A stretch of DNA of 64,000 bases from Laetmonice hystrix (taxonomy: Eukaryota): positions 7,688,001 to 7,752,000 of the forward strand of contig OZ249446.1 of the NCBI GenBank assembly GCA_965235115.1, given 5' to 3'. Both the position numbers and the translations under genes were made by a program. Shown piece by piece: positions 1-12,598 of the stretch (positions within the stretch are counted from its first letter, which is position 1; every line of letters begins with the position of its first letter). A model generated the notes under the pieces. The model was given only the letters and a program-made list of their open reading frames with translations. It ran no database searches and was not told where the DNA came from.

Positions 1-1092
1 TTCTATTTTCGACTTGTGGTAATCTAGGTAAATATCTTTCTTCCACTAGGCAACCTTTATTAGCCTGCTATGACTTGACCCTGGTATGACGTGATTGAGT
101 GTGTGTGAACAGTTTCCTCCGATTTGTACTAGATGTGCCTGTGGTCTCCCCACCCCGACCCCCAGCAGCAGTCTACCCACAGGCAATGCGTCCCGTATTC
201 TCAACGTTTTAATCACGCCGCCCGTCAAAACGTAATCATGAACAGACTCGTTTCAAACCGTTAATGTCACATTTGTGATGCACTGCACGTGTGTCGATGT
301 TGTAGATGTGTATGGTAACGAATACCAAGGAAGCCTTACGCAACACCGTATTGCTCTCATACTGTTCCACCCGTCGATCAGCAGTCGACCGACATCTGCT
401 GAGAACAGTGGAGCCGTGGGTATTAAACCTTTCTGCTCCATGTTAACATTGGAATTGAAACGGTCTCGGTGTGCTTTGTAACACAAAGGCTTGGCATGTC
501 ATATGAAAGCTTTGTAACTAAAAGCTTCCTATGTGTGGAGGCTGGAACTAAGTGCACAGTCTCAATAACGAACGGAATATGAAGAGAGCGCCTTTATGGA
601 TAAACAGTATTGTACAGAGTTGCAGTTGTTTTTGTATGTTTGATAGACAAATGTCTTGATATATTTCAGTTTTTACACCGAGGTTGGTTGTAATCTGCAA
701 TGACCTCTCTTCCACATACTGGTCAGATTACCAGGAAAGAAGATTGAGGATATATGTTAGTGATTATTTGTATTATCAGACGGGAGGCGGCGTACGACCA
801 TCGGTAGAGTTTTTGTTTACAACAGTAAGAGTATCTGCTGACCATTTTTCTTTTCCTGACAGTCGCCACATCATATGTTGCGATCTTTTTTTCCCGCCTT
901 AAAACTGTCAGGGCCGTTCAATTTTCGAATGGAAACGGCCTTAAAATTGGTAGTCGGCAGTTACGCCTTGTGTTGCACTCCGAACACTTGTAGAGATTAT
1001 TATAATTGGTCCTTCATATTGGAGCAGTGTTTCCCGCCATCAAAATGTCATCAGGCAAAGTGCTGTTAAAGCTTACGTGCCCTCAGGAAGTG

Positions 1093-1193
1093 TGCAGGTA
1101 ATTGCGAGCAGCGTTATTGTGAATTTTGCAGGTAATTGCGAGCAGCGTTATTGTGAAGTTTGCAGGTAATTGCGAGCAGCGTTATTGTGAATT
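1093..1193. repeat. Tandem repeat, 34-bp unit x3
   Basis: tgcaggtaattgcgagcagcgttattgtgaa(t/g)tt starts at 1093, 1127 and 1161. Confidence 0.95.
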
Positions 1194-1684
1194 CAGAGCT
1201 GTGTAATACAAGGTAATGTATGGCCAGAGGGCAGCACTGGGCGTGGAGACGTGACCAAGTATGGTGTGTGCTCGCCACTGGAATACAACAACCCATACAG
1301 ATTTCTCGCTGCCGCAGCGTACAGTCACTTCTCTTCACTTCAGTAGTGATGATTTTTAACGTTTTTTTTGGTTTAGGCTTCATAGTATAAGGCAGAGGTT
1401 TGTAGTTTCTGTGCAACGACACCCGAATTCACCAAGATTGAGGATAATTTAAAAGAAAAGTATTGATTTACTCGGACATATGATTCTTATCTACATGTTA
1501 TTGACTGGAGAATAGCTCCTGTCTTATTTTGTATTTCCTGTGTCTGCTGCAGGAATTTAATGAATGGAGTTAGTGTAGATGAAACTAAAACTCAGAACGT
1601 GAAGAACAGCCATTGCTGTGATGTTGTAAAGCTCCCGCAGCCAGCTAATTGGGTGATTACGCCAAATTAAGAGTGATTTATAAT

Positions 1685-2265
1685 CTGGTCGGAACATAAA
1701 GGTTACTTTTGTTCTTCAATTTACCATACCATTCATTTGGAGTCGGTTGTAATGCATGCCTGGGGGGATATTTATAATCAGAAACCTGTAAGAAGGAGAA
1801 TGTTTTCCGAGAGATGTAGGTGCAGGGTAAAGGCGGAGTATAGCCTGAAAACAACGAGGGATTGCCGTATCTTCTGGCCACAGCACATTCTGCCTGGCAA
1901 TCCGTCAATTAGGCACCCCAAGTTTTCTGTGTTGGTTGACGCCTGAAGAATGATTGAAGAGATCAGGCGAATAAAGAGTCTGGAGCTGAAGGCAACAGGA
2001 AGTTTATTGTGCTACTTAAGTCTTAAAATAGTGGCAAAGTTCTGAGTGGCTTAATGTAATTTTAATTTGTCAGTTAACGCAACAATCAAGGATGTAATCT
2101 GGGTCAGCAGTCCTAGAAACAATTGATGGCTCTTACTGCAAGTGTCGAGTCCCAGGAAATGTTTTCTGACAAAGTTATGATTTGAGGTTGGTTGGAATGA
2201 AAGGTTCTGAATGGTGATACTGGTAATGAGGTTTGCCGTGTTTATTATGGCGCCACTTTTGGAGT
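1685..2265 (-). mobile_element. Decayed 3' ORF2 remnant of an L2/Crack-like LINE
   Basis: Minus-strand translation gives LQKWRHNKHGKPHYQYHHSEPF (cf. LQKRAxRII...HxxPLF), then LKNKSNLYVP (cf. LRNxxNLxVP), in the expected order. Interrupted by stops and frameshifts. By-eye motif match only. Confidence 0.4.
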
Positions 2266-3086
2266 TGTCAGATGGGCACAATCATAAATTGTGGCAATCA
2301 CAGCTTTTTTTCTCTCAGTAGGATCTGGCTTGTCTGGCCATGACCAGCATTACATATTAATAACTGAGAGTGAAGCAGAAACAGATTGTATAAATTATAT
2401 CGTAATTAGTGCTAACTTTCCAGTCACACTGCTGGTTGGTCTAAGTGATGTAGGAGCCTGACAGAAGCGTTGGTCAGAGGTGGCCAATTCCTTACGTAAC
2501 GTAATTCTCATGCAACCTTTTCTGATTCACCCTAATTTGACAAATGGCGCCGTAATTCCCAACTAGTCGGATCCGCATGCGAGATGTAATTGATAGAAGA
2601 GAATATTACTTGTGATTCGGTTGGATGATATATCTCACATGAGTGCAATCAGGAAATAAAATATATTGTGGGACAGTGTTATAAATGTGGCGGAGATTGG
2701 ATCCGTCTGACGGATTGGACGAGCTGATTTCTATAATGATTCCACCTGTCTGTCTCCTCTTCCCATGTGTCATGTCGCTTCTAAAAGTTTTCTGTCCTCA
2801 TGATTCCCGTTATTTTAAACAACGAACCTTTCCATCCTTGATTTCTCGTCTCCCGTTCTTCCCTCCTCCAACACTCCCTCAATGACGTATTGGCCAAACT
2901 ATTTCTTCCAAGGCATTTCACAAGAAGTAATGCACACGGAACTTCCCTCAGAGTTGGCCCTGTCAGTTTCTCTATTTCTCTTTGTGTAATCCCCCTGTAA
3001 TAGTGTAGTCAAATCAGTCTTGAAATCAAATAAAGGACATGCCTCGGTATGTAAATCACCTAACACGAATATTAGAGATTTCATGT

Positions 3087-3424
3087 TTATTTGATCCAGA
3101 CACGGTTAGATTCACTGTGAATGACTCAACCTTATTATTTGATCCAGCCACGGTTAGATTCACTGTGAATGACTCAACCTTATGATTTGATCCAAACACG
3201 GTTAGATTCACTGTGAATGACTCAACCTTATTATTTGATCCAGCCACGGTTAGATTCACTGTGAATGACTCAACCTTATTATTTGATCCAGCCACGGTTA
3301 GATTCACTGTGAATGACTCAACCTTATTATTTGATCCAGACACGGTTAGATTCACTGTGAATGACTCAACCTTATTATTTCATCCAGACACGGTTAGATT
3401 CACTGTGAATGACTCAACCTTATA
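3087..3424. repeat. Minisatellite, 48-bp unit x7
   Basis: Unit gatccagacacggttagattcactgtgaatgactcaaccttattattt. Explains ORFs 3056-3355(-) and 3213-3425(+). Confidence 0.97.
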
Positions 3425-5945
3425 ATGAGTGTATCCGATTGAAACTGAAAATCGTAATTGAATTAGGTCCAATTTGGTTCGGACGACAAATGATGACCAG
3501 TTGTAGTAATTACAGGCCTGCCTTCGGTGACCATTCTATAAGGAGACAGTCCACTAACGAGTTAGTTCAGTGTCTCAGTGGTATCCTTACTCGCCAGCCT
3601 CTCATAGAGACCCCGACAGAAACGGATCGTTGGCAGTGCTAAAAGACCGGTACTGATTGAACACACAGATTAAACTCTCGTTTAGAGTCAGTCAGATCCA
3701 ATGGGGAAGAGATACCGGTAGATGGCGTGAGTGGTACTGTGGCATGCATGCTGGTTTGCCGACTCAGGGCGCTCTGAATGTTGTTATATCTTACAAAAAT
3801 ATAGAGTAAAATTGTGTAATAAATTGGTATTCCGACATACTGATGACAGATGGTTACTCGTCCTACTGTCTTTACCCTGTACATTAGGTAATGTTTTTCC
3901 CCTTATGTTTCAGGTGAGTCGATGTTCCTATGGTGAACCCGAACATAAAACGGATGAGGATCAGTCGGTAAGACGAGAGTCTGTGTACCGGGGCCGGGGG
4001 GGGGGGGCAAAACGGTCTTACAAGACCAGTTCACCTAACAACATATTGGTGTTGTATTACTAGAATCAGGAGTTTAATGTTATCTTTGCGATAGACTTAT
4101 AGAAGAGACACTATTGTTTTAGTAATCTTTAGTAATAGCTGCTGTCATATCATTACGATCTATCACCTTGGCGATGGGATACTGATTGCAATGTCGTGGC
4201 CATGAAACTGAAAAATAATAGCCACTCGTGATAGAGTGGGAGAGGAGAGAAACTGCCAGGTGGCCCTGCCCCCAGTGGTAGATGAGTGTTTCAGGAGGTA
4301 CTTGATGTTAACATGACAAGGATACCAAAGTGGTCATTATGGCGCAGTCAAGTCTGATTTATACGGAGGTAAACGGCGCTGGGCATGTTAGAAACAAATC
4401 TTGCCATACGGTTTCAGGGTCATCACGTTTACACCATGATGGTTCCTTGAAACTAAATGGTCACTAAAGTCACTCATACCTGAGTGTCGTAAAGTTGTGA
4501 CGGTAAAGGTTAAAAGTTTAGGCTATGCCATCCCTCTGATACCGAGCCAAGAGGCCCTCATCTAACGCCAGCCTTTTCAAGTCCTCTCATATGTAAGCAC
4601 CAGATTTTGTCAGAAGTTAAAGGTATCCAGGTAAGGGCTTGTTAAATTGGCCCATCTCGTGTTAGCTTATGTCTCTCTGTGTTTTTCAGTTTTTCTCCCA
4701 TTCATTTATTTATACTGGGAGATTTTCGGTAAACATATATGGGATACCGGGTTTCCAACCCGCCCAGTCTAACAGGTTACAATTTTTCAAATTTATACAT
4801 AATAATCAAGAAAACAACGCTAAGTATGTGAATACGTGTGAATATATATGTGAATATGTCAGCAGCTGAAGTATTGCCTGCTAAAGGTAGTAACTATCGG
4901 TTAGCCATTCCATCTCAGTTCCTTGTTTCCGCCGTGTATCTAGTGGAGGAGCCTCACGCCCAAAATAAGTTTCTATCAAAGATCTCCATGGCCTTTTGTT
5001 TTATGTATCACATGAAAAAAAATTTATTATGATAAAAGATTAATAACGAAATCAGCGTAAAAAGAATGGGGCTAGTGGCCTAGCTTTGGGATGGATATTA
5101 AGTTACTTTTCATTGGTAGTTTGGTCCATATTAGAAACCATGGGGGTTGGAAAAAGCGTTGAATTAGCTACGCTGGTGAATAAATAAAAAGAAATCTAAT
5201 CGCAATGAGTTATTTGCGTGTTGGTGCCTGCTCGCACTTCAAGTTATGATAAATGAAAAATCCGAGCCAATCTGACAGGTAGCTTCTTTATGATAGGATG
5301 ATATTATGTAATAAATGGGGGTTTCTAGTCGGCGGAAACTTGTTACCAACTGTTAAAGAATTCCCTGTAGCTATCAACAAAGTGATGGAAGTTCATCTTT
5401 CTGGACGGCTCAAGAGACTTTTTGAATCGTACAATATTTGATACACTGGGGCCGTGTGAGGCAGAATACACCAGTTTTTAACAGAATCTAGTACTAACGA
5501 TTCCCTACAGTTGTAGAGTCCCGACAAAGGTTTTATATCGTACGATTTCTTTGAGTAGTTTGTTTTGGCAAGGTAAGTTAAAAACCAGTCAGCACAAGCG
5601 GAAAGTGATGGTAAGTAAGAGGAATCTGTTTGATAAGACAACTCCTTGATGTAGAGAAATCTGACGATTCCCGCAGGAAGAGTAGCAGTTCTTGTAGGCA
5701 GTGTCCGATTGCGCCAATAGGCTAGTCGTTTAACAAACTCATAATGAGCCATTTGTAGTGAAATTGTAGACGTGGCTGAACGCTCCCGCGACGTCTGCTT
5801 TCATCGACGTTGGCGTCTGTTGTTTGGGACGCGCGCGTCTTCCGTCATCAGCCGAATCAACGCCGGTTACATGAGGGAACACAAGTCACAAATGACTGGT
5901 GGATGCCAAGATAACCCACGCCTCCCGGGAAATTATCCAGACGCT

Positions 5946-5959
5946 GTTACCATGGCAAC
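5946..5959. promoter_or_regulatory. X-box (RFX)-consensus motif next to a CpG-rich patch
   Basis: GTTACCATGGCAAC matches the RFX X-box consensus. A CpG-rich stretch lies at about 5770-5930. Function not shown, and such motifs also occur in repeats. Confidence 0.3.
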
Positions 5960-5998
5960 CAAAAGGAAAAATATGCACGTTAATAAGGATGGTATTAG
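5952..5998 (+). other. Candidate first coding exon (MATKRKNMHVNKDGI...)
   Basis: accATGG Kozak context, 47 nt open, strong donor AG|GTAAGA at 5999, CpG-rich upstream region. No matching downstream exon identified. Confidence 0.2.
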
Positions 5999-8325
5999 GT
6001 AAGAAACCAGTCAATCCGAGTGCCGCACTAAACCGTTATCTCCACGGCCGGATATTGGGGGAGCCTTTGAATGACTCCCCATTCTGTATCAAATTCTGGG
6101 AGTTGTGCCAGAAAGCATAAGGCTGTTTGAGGGCCCCTTTTCAATATTTCTGTTTCATATACGTTTTTAGAGGTTCGAGGAGAAGGAAGACTTCCTTTTT
6201 ATAGATCTACTGGAATCCGAGAGATATGCCAATTAAGAATCCACAGAAATATCGTGTGTGGCGACCTTGTTAGGGCCCCAGTCATTCCTGCCTTGGTACT
6301 GACGGCTTACGATGGGGCCGGATCGGCAGGCCATGGCCCCCGGACCAATAACATCTGCCAGTATCCAGTGTGCCTTGAGGACCCCTCGATCCCCGCCCAG
6401 CCACCTCCCCTAGGGGGGTCCTTAACAACAGGCCGACAGCCGGCTGAGACGTCCGGTCTCCGCTGACCTCACCAGGGGGCGGGTCGCTCAATACTAGGCC
6501 CACGGCTAACCGGGATACTCTGAGCTTATTATGCTTGATAGCCCGAGCTTATCACCGTTGGTGTGTTTTGGTAAACTTTACAAAGATCACACTCATTACC
6601 CGCTTTCCTTGGGCTACCTTGGTATAACACGAAATCAACAACTACTCATACCTAGAATTTCAAGCTTAGCCATTAAGGCAAGCAGCCATCCATAAATTCA
6701 AGGGAGCAAAAAGAGCGTTTTTAGTTCATTGCACCTGCCCTCTCGCCCAAGGAGAAGTGATTTTTTTAGCCATTTATCTGTTATTTTAAATCCATGGATT
6801 TGACGTACAGATATCTGTGATGCCATGGGCAACTGTCAGTCAATCATTAATGATTGCTCTTCTTACGTGTGTCAGCTGAAGTTAAAAGGTAATGAGCTAG
6901 ATTAAATTGAGGAAGATTTTGAGTGAAGGAAATTACTTTCTTTCAATCTTGTTTTTTTCTTGAATCCCCAAAAAGAGAGAAGTTAATCAGGCAGCATTTT
7001 GAAACCTGTCAAGCAATAGAAGGTTTTTTTTTCGCCTGAAATTAGAACTTTTGATTCCGTGAGATGTACCTAGTATTGGTTCTTTTCTTAATTAGGTTAA
7101 TAGTATTTAGGTTATTTAGTTATTGAGTCGAGAAATGCCATGATTATCGGGTGTGGGGATGTTGTTGTAGCTGTAGGGATGGATATATCGTGAGCCCCCG
7201 GCTATTTCTCCTACTATAGGCCGGGAGCCGGTACGGTAGGCCGCTACAACACCGACGGCGGCCGTGGCTAATTGTTGGCATTCAGTGAGAGGGAAAAAAA
7301 CTGTGCTGATTCTGCTGTAGTATTGGATTGACTGGGAGTGAGGACTGACGTCGCTACAGCGAGCCACGTCTTCGTAATGATCGTAATGAGTTCATACGCT
7401 GAGATATGACATGTAATATATAGTATTACATACTCATTAAACGCTTGAGGCAAACGGCACGGTTCTGAGCACGATTTATGATTTGTAGTTGTCTTATCGT
7501 AACCGTGGCAGTGAGAGATAGATGGACCAGTATTGAGATGTTTTCCCGCGAGTGGTTTGATTCTGTGGGCCCAGGATTGACGGGATATCAAGTCAGTCAC
7601 CAGTCTTTGACGTTTGTAATGTTATCTTAGTACAGATTGCAGCTCTAAAGGGTCCCAGATTAAAGTGGATTTCGAATATTGCATGTTCAAGTCTTATTTT
7701 AATTTGTTAAAGCGTTAAATTGCTGTGGTTTAAGACAGAAATCAGTGAGATGCATATAAACTAAAAATATACTTCAATGGGGAATTTGATATAGCGAAAA
7801 AATTGTACTGCTGTTAAAGCTAAATGGTTTATTGAACACGTCAATGACTATTGGTTCCGGTGGTTATGACGGATGTTATGTGTAACATCAAAACTTAATG
7901 TGTAATAAATAGCAACTAGAGGGATCTTTGTCCTGTTGCTGTATTACCATAAAGATCAGACGGTGAAATTATTAATGTCTTCAATGCTGCCACATCGGCG
8001 TCACTGAGTCGTTTTAGGGCAAGTTTATACTGTTGAAACAGTTCTGTAATGGCCGAAGGATAAACATTTAGCTCATCAAAGAAAGACTATGACATTTTAA
8101 TCTCCACATTCTACTACGGGCTCTAAGATTTCTGTGACTTAAAACAAGTGCAAGGTTGGCTTGTCTTATTTGTAATTCGACATCGTTGTTACTCATTGAG
8201 ATTAGCCTTGACGGTCGCCACCTGGCGGGGAATTAACTCAGGAGTCTAACTTGTCTTCATCGTGCCGGAGGCTGTTTTCATACGTGTATATTCTCTACAC
8301 GGAATTGTAAGAGTATAGCCAGTAT

Positions 8326-8600
8326 CAGGATTCCCAGCCACCCTGGGAATCAGGGAAAACCTTAAAAGTGAGGTTCCAGTTAATTCAATTTGGCGTGTAC
8401 ATCTTTAGTATGTCCTAAGTTGTATCCGTTGACTAATTTGTAGAGTGTCTCTTTAGTGTTTATATAGTGTGCAAAATACACCTCCAGGCCATTATAGTTG
8501 AATATACTATCTATAAAACACAAAATATTTCTCGTGGCATTTGGGAAATTTCTCAGGGAAATCTCAGGGATTTTGATTTTCACAAAATGCAGGGAACCCT
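8326..8600. mobile_element. Non-autonomous DNA transposon (hAT-like MITE)
   Basis: Imperfect terminal inverted repeats caggattcccagc / gcagggaaccct, flanked by direct repeat cagtat (8320-8325 and 8601-8606). Repeated subterminal cagggaaa motifs. A CAG terminus fits hAT, but only 6 bp of the expected 8-bp TSD is visible. Confidence 0.55.
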
Positions 8601-9251
8601 CAGTATGGCTGGCCATGAAAAACGGGGACTACGTACTGCAGCCCGAGTGTGTACACAATAGGAGGTTCGATGGGAAATGTCAAATCATCATTGTTGAATG
8701 ATACATCTGCAGGGACAGAGAAGTCTAAACGTGTCGCAGCTTTCAGAATATGTACTTGGTAATCACACCGCGGTATACATGGTAGGTTTTGACAACCAGA
8801 TCCACGAACAGGGGCATGTCTGTGTAAAGGCAAGCCGGCTCTGGACTGATCTCCGTCATATCATTGATTCTGGTGACTGTCAATAATATCTTAATATCAG
8901 CACGATGTCGCTGAGCGACTGTTAGCACCTGTACCTTTCGTATTGTATTCTAAAGATCAAAACTAGGAGTTGATATATGCGCACCTTTACATTACAACGT
9001 CCCCATTGTTTTATAAAAGCTATCAGAATAATCGGAGTTCATGTTATTGTCAGGAAACAATAACAATTTAACCCTAACCCCTGCCACGCACTCAGGTATT
9101 GTCCTGCAAGTAATAATGAAAATTTAAAGTGACATGGAGGCTGTACTTCAGCTGTAATCTGTTCTCGTGTATTTCTACCATCACTTTGACATGTAATTTT
9201 ACAACCTCACCAACAAAATAGCTTTCGTACACAGCGGATGTAATTTTGTGT

Positions 9252-9839
9252 TTCAGGATAAAGATTTAGCATTAGGACATAGAGAGGCGGGCCTGTATAA
9301 TTCAGGATAAAGATTTAGCATTAGGACATAGAGAGGCGGGCCTGTATAATTCAGGATAAAGATTTAGCATTAGGACATAGAGAGGCGGGCCTGTATAATT
9401 TAGGATAAAGATTTAGCATTAGGACATTGAGAGGCGGGCCTGTATAATTCAGGATAAATATTTAGCATTAGGACATGGAGAGGCGGGCCTGTATAATTCA
9501 GGATAAAGATTTAGCATTAGAACATTGAGAGGCGGGCCTGTATAATTCAGGATAGAGATTTAGCATTAGAACATTGAGAGGCGGGCCTGTATAATTCAGG
9601 ATAAAGATTTAGCATTAGGACATTGAGAGGCAGGCCTGTATAATTCAGGATAAAGATTTAGCATTAGGACATTGAGAGGCGGGCCTGTATAATTCAGGAT
9701 AAAGATTTAGCATTAGGACATGGAGAGGCGGGCCTGTATAATTCAGGATAAAGATTTAGCATTAGGACATTGAGAGGCGGGCCTGTATAATTCAGGATAA
9801 AGATTTAGCATTAGGACATTGAGAGGCGGGCCTGTATAA
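9252..9839. repeat. Minisatellite, 49-bp unit x12
   Basis: Unit ttcaggataaagatttagcattaggaca(t/a/g..)gagaggcgggcctgtataa, period 49. Confidence 0.97.
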
Positions 9840-11697
9840 TGAAAGCCTGAATATTGATATTATACTTCTACATGTCAGCAACAAAGAATATATTCTCTAA
9901 CATAGACATACACAGTAAATGTCATCTACAATAAGAGTTCAGCTTTGCCGCTGATTTTTTACACCTGATATGGGCGAGAAGCTCTTAAATATAAGTTCGA
10001 CAATCCAAAAGCAGAGCCCCACACTATTTAAGCCATTGCCTTCTAAAGAGAAATGGGGGAAATGTTAGATATGTTATATTTTTACATCGTAACTGAAGGT
10101 ACTATTCCTTGTAAATACCATTAGTAATCCTAATTCTGTGAATTCTCATACTATGGGAGCCGTGTAACAAAGTATAAATTTTGATGGAAAAGAAGTGAAC
10201 GTCACCGAGGCGGACTGGCAGTTTTTCTATTATTCTGTGTGGAGATGAACAGGGTACCTCCGCCTGACGGATGCTGTACCAGAGTTTGAATTGGAGCTTG
10301 TCGGGTTTTGTAGGCAGGAAACTACTCATAGTGCGCCCGCTGCAAGTGCTGCACACTGCAATAATCTGAACCGTCCGGAATCGTTTACCTCATCCCACAG
10401 GCCCGAGTTCCGTGACGGGCCTGTTAACCGCTACTCTCACCATCAGACCTGCCGGAATAAAAATATTCCTAGTTTATACAGCTACAGGCATGTTCTCTTC
10501 ACCGCACAGTTATACAGTCGTAAAACATGAGGTGTGTAGTCGTTCCACAGTCTGTATGCCGTTTTATTAACCTACCTTAGGTTAAAAAATAATAGAAGCG
10601 TCACTTGAAAAGGGCTATAACGTAAAGACGGTGTGGATGGGGGTGACGACATGTTCAGTTTGTAAGAAATATTGGGTGTGACAAATTCTACTTTACGTAT
10701 ACTACTTGAGCTCGCAGTGCTAGTAGTATGGATAAAGTAGCCTAATGAAGCGGTTGAAGAGGCGCGGATTGTCAAAAGGTATTAGTTTTATAAGTACATT
10801 TCACTTGTATAAATAATATGTACACAAAGACTATATGTACTCAAAGAGACGACAAAATGTGCAGCTCTGGAATGATTGTCAATAGTATCACAGTAAACTA
10901 TCAGGCTACTGTACAAGCCAGACATTTAATGATTCAACATTTCGGTATCACATTTAGTCCTAACCAATTGGCTTTAATCTGTAATGTGACATGACAATCA
11001 TTGAGATAGTCAGAGACTTTACAAACATACAGATTGCCTGACTCTTCAGTCTGTCATGTACAGCCCATATCATATACAGTCACAAATACGCGCTTTATCG
11101 CTTTCATATAGTTTGTGCCCTTCTCTTTGAACTCAGTAGGGAAGCTTTATGTGACAGTGCCCGTCTATCTATTCGATGTATGCCGCTAAATGCACAGTAT
11201 AAAAGTACAGGCCTGTGATTTTTCCTGTTCCTGTTCCATAAATTGAAAAATTACACATCTTAGATTGTAACACGACAAAAATATTGTAAGGGCAAAGAAT
11301 ATGTGGAAAAAGAAAAGAAATATCATGGTAGAACATATAGTATGTATGTGGGATTGAAAATAACAAAAAGAAAGAAACCTTTACGGCTACACATGTTTGA
11401 CTGACGTAAGAAAGAAGAAGAAAACAAGTGAGGTAGTATCTTTAGACTTCGCACTTTAGGAGTTCTACAATCGGATAGTTGCTTCATATGAATAAGGGTG
11501 TACAGGGCGTCTCGGAAAAAACGAAATCTTAAAGTATCATCATTTTGTGAGAAAATGATACTAACTACATATAAGTTACCAAATCTCTCTGATAGGCCAC
11601 CCTCTCCCCTCTTTCCTAAATTCAATCACAGTTGACCGAATTAGTATTGTTTTCCTTCCACAACCCAAATGCAGCCTGGAACCAAGTTAATAGGTGG

Positions 11698-11898
11698 ACC
11701 TACGAAAATCAGTGCATGAGATGCAACTGGAACAAACGGGGAAGACAAAATCAAGATAATCAATTTAATTCATCATTTGACAAGTTTGACATGGTTGGTG
11801 GAGACAAATATATGATGAATAAAATTGATTATCTAACATTCGGATTTCGCCTTCACCGTTTGTTCCAATTGCATATCACGCAGTGATTTTCGTAAGGT
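11698..11898. repeat. Imperfect foldback/inverted repeat (MITE-like), about 80-87-bp arms
   Basis: Left arm acctacgaaaatcagtgcatgagatgcaactggaacaaacggggaag...gataatcaatttaattcatcat pairs with the reverse complement of 11812-11898. Spacer about 35 nt. A third partial forward copy lies at 11925-11952. Confidence 0.75.
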
Positions 11899-12442
11899 TT
11901 TGGATTTTCGTGTTTGGGACCAAGTACGAAAATAGTGCATAAGATGCAATTGTCGGAGGAATATTTTCATGTGTGATGGAAGCCAACACAGAGAGTCGGT
12001 AACATCTTCAAGACCCACAAAAGCTGACAACCCTGCACTGAAGTGGGTTCCGTCGTACTGCCTGGAGATGTCAAGCTAGCCATAAATATGGAGTGGCAGG
12101 CAAGTGGGCGCTGCGGTGGAGCTGGTGGAGAGGGGAGATAGAAACGGCGTAGAAATTGGCCTGTTGTAAGGATACCATCTACTTCTTGGTCACACGTCAG
12201 AGTTAATGAAGGTTTTGTTGATTAAGAAACTTAAGATAGGACTAGTTACCCTGTAAGGTTTCCATTTCGGTGCCGTGGTCGTGGTACTATCAAAGAGTGT
12301 ATCCCTTTGGTAGTATTAGGAGAGGCGCCCGAATCGGTGCACGATGTCGAGGAGTAGTATTCTGACGAAAGGAACCCTGTCTGGTTGCAACATCCTTCTC
12401 AATGGGGCCTTTGTGTATTTTGGGTGCATACATTATAGCCTG

Positions 12443-12598
12443 GGCCCAGTTTTTCAAAAATTCTCAACTTGAGTAAGCTTACTTAACTTAGTTAACAGGC
12501 TTCTGATTGGCTGGCCCAAGCAAACCAGCCTATCAGAAGCCTGTTAGTTTACCTAAGTAAGTTTTACTCAAGTTAAGAATTTTTGAAAAAACTAGGTC
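12443..12598. mobile_element. PIF/Harbinger-like MITE (156 bp, near-palindromic)
   Basis: Almost full-length inverted repeat (ggcccagtttttcaaaaattctcaacttgagtaa... / ...ttactcaagttaagaatttttgaaaaaactaggtc) with a 10-nt loop. 3-bp direct repeat CTG on both sides (12440-12442, 12599-12601), consistent with a Harbinger-type 3-bp TSD. Confidence 0.8.

Noticed and set aside
5393-5752. 119-aa minus-strand ORF as a gene
   Set aside because: No recognisable domain or supporting exon structure.
11429-11438. let-7-like TGAGGTAGTA
   Set aside because: Only the first 10 nt match; the rest of the mature sequence and a precursor hairpin are absent.
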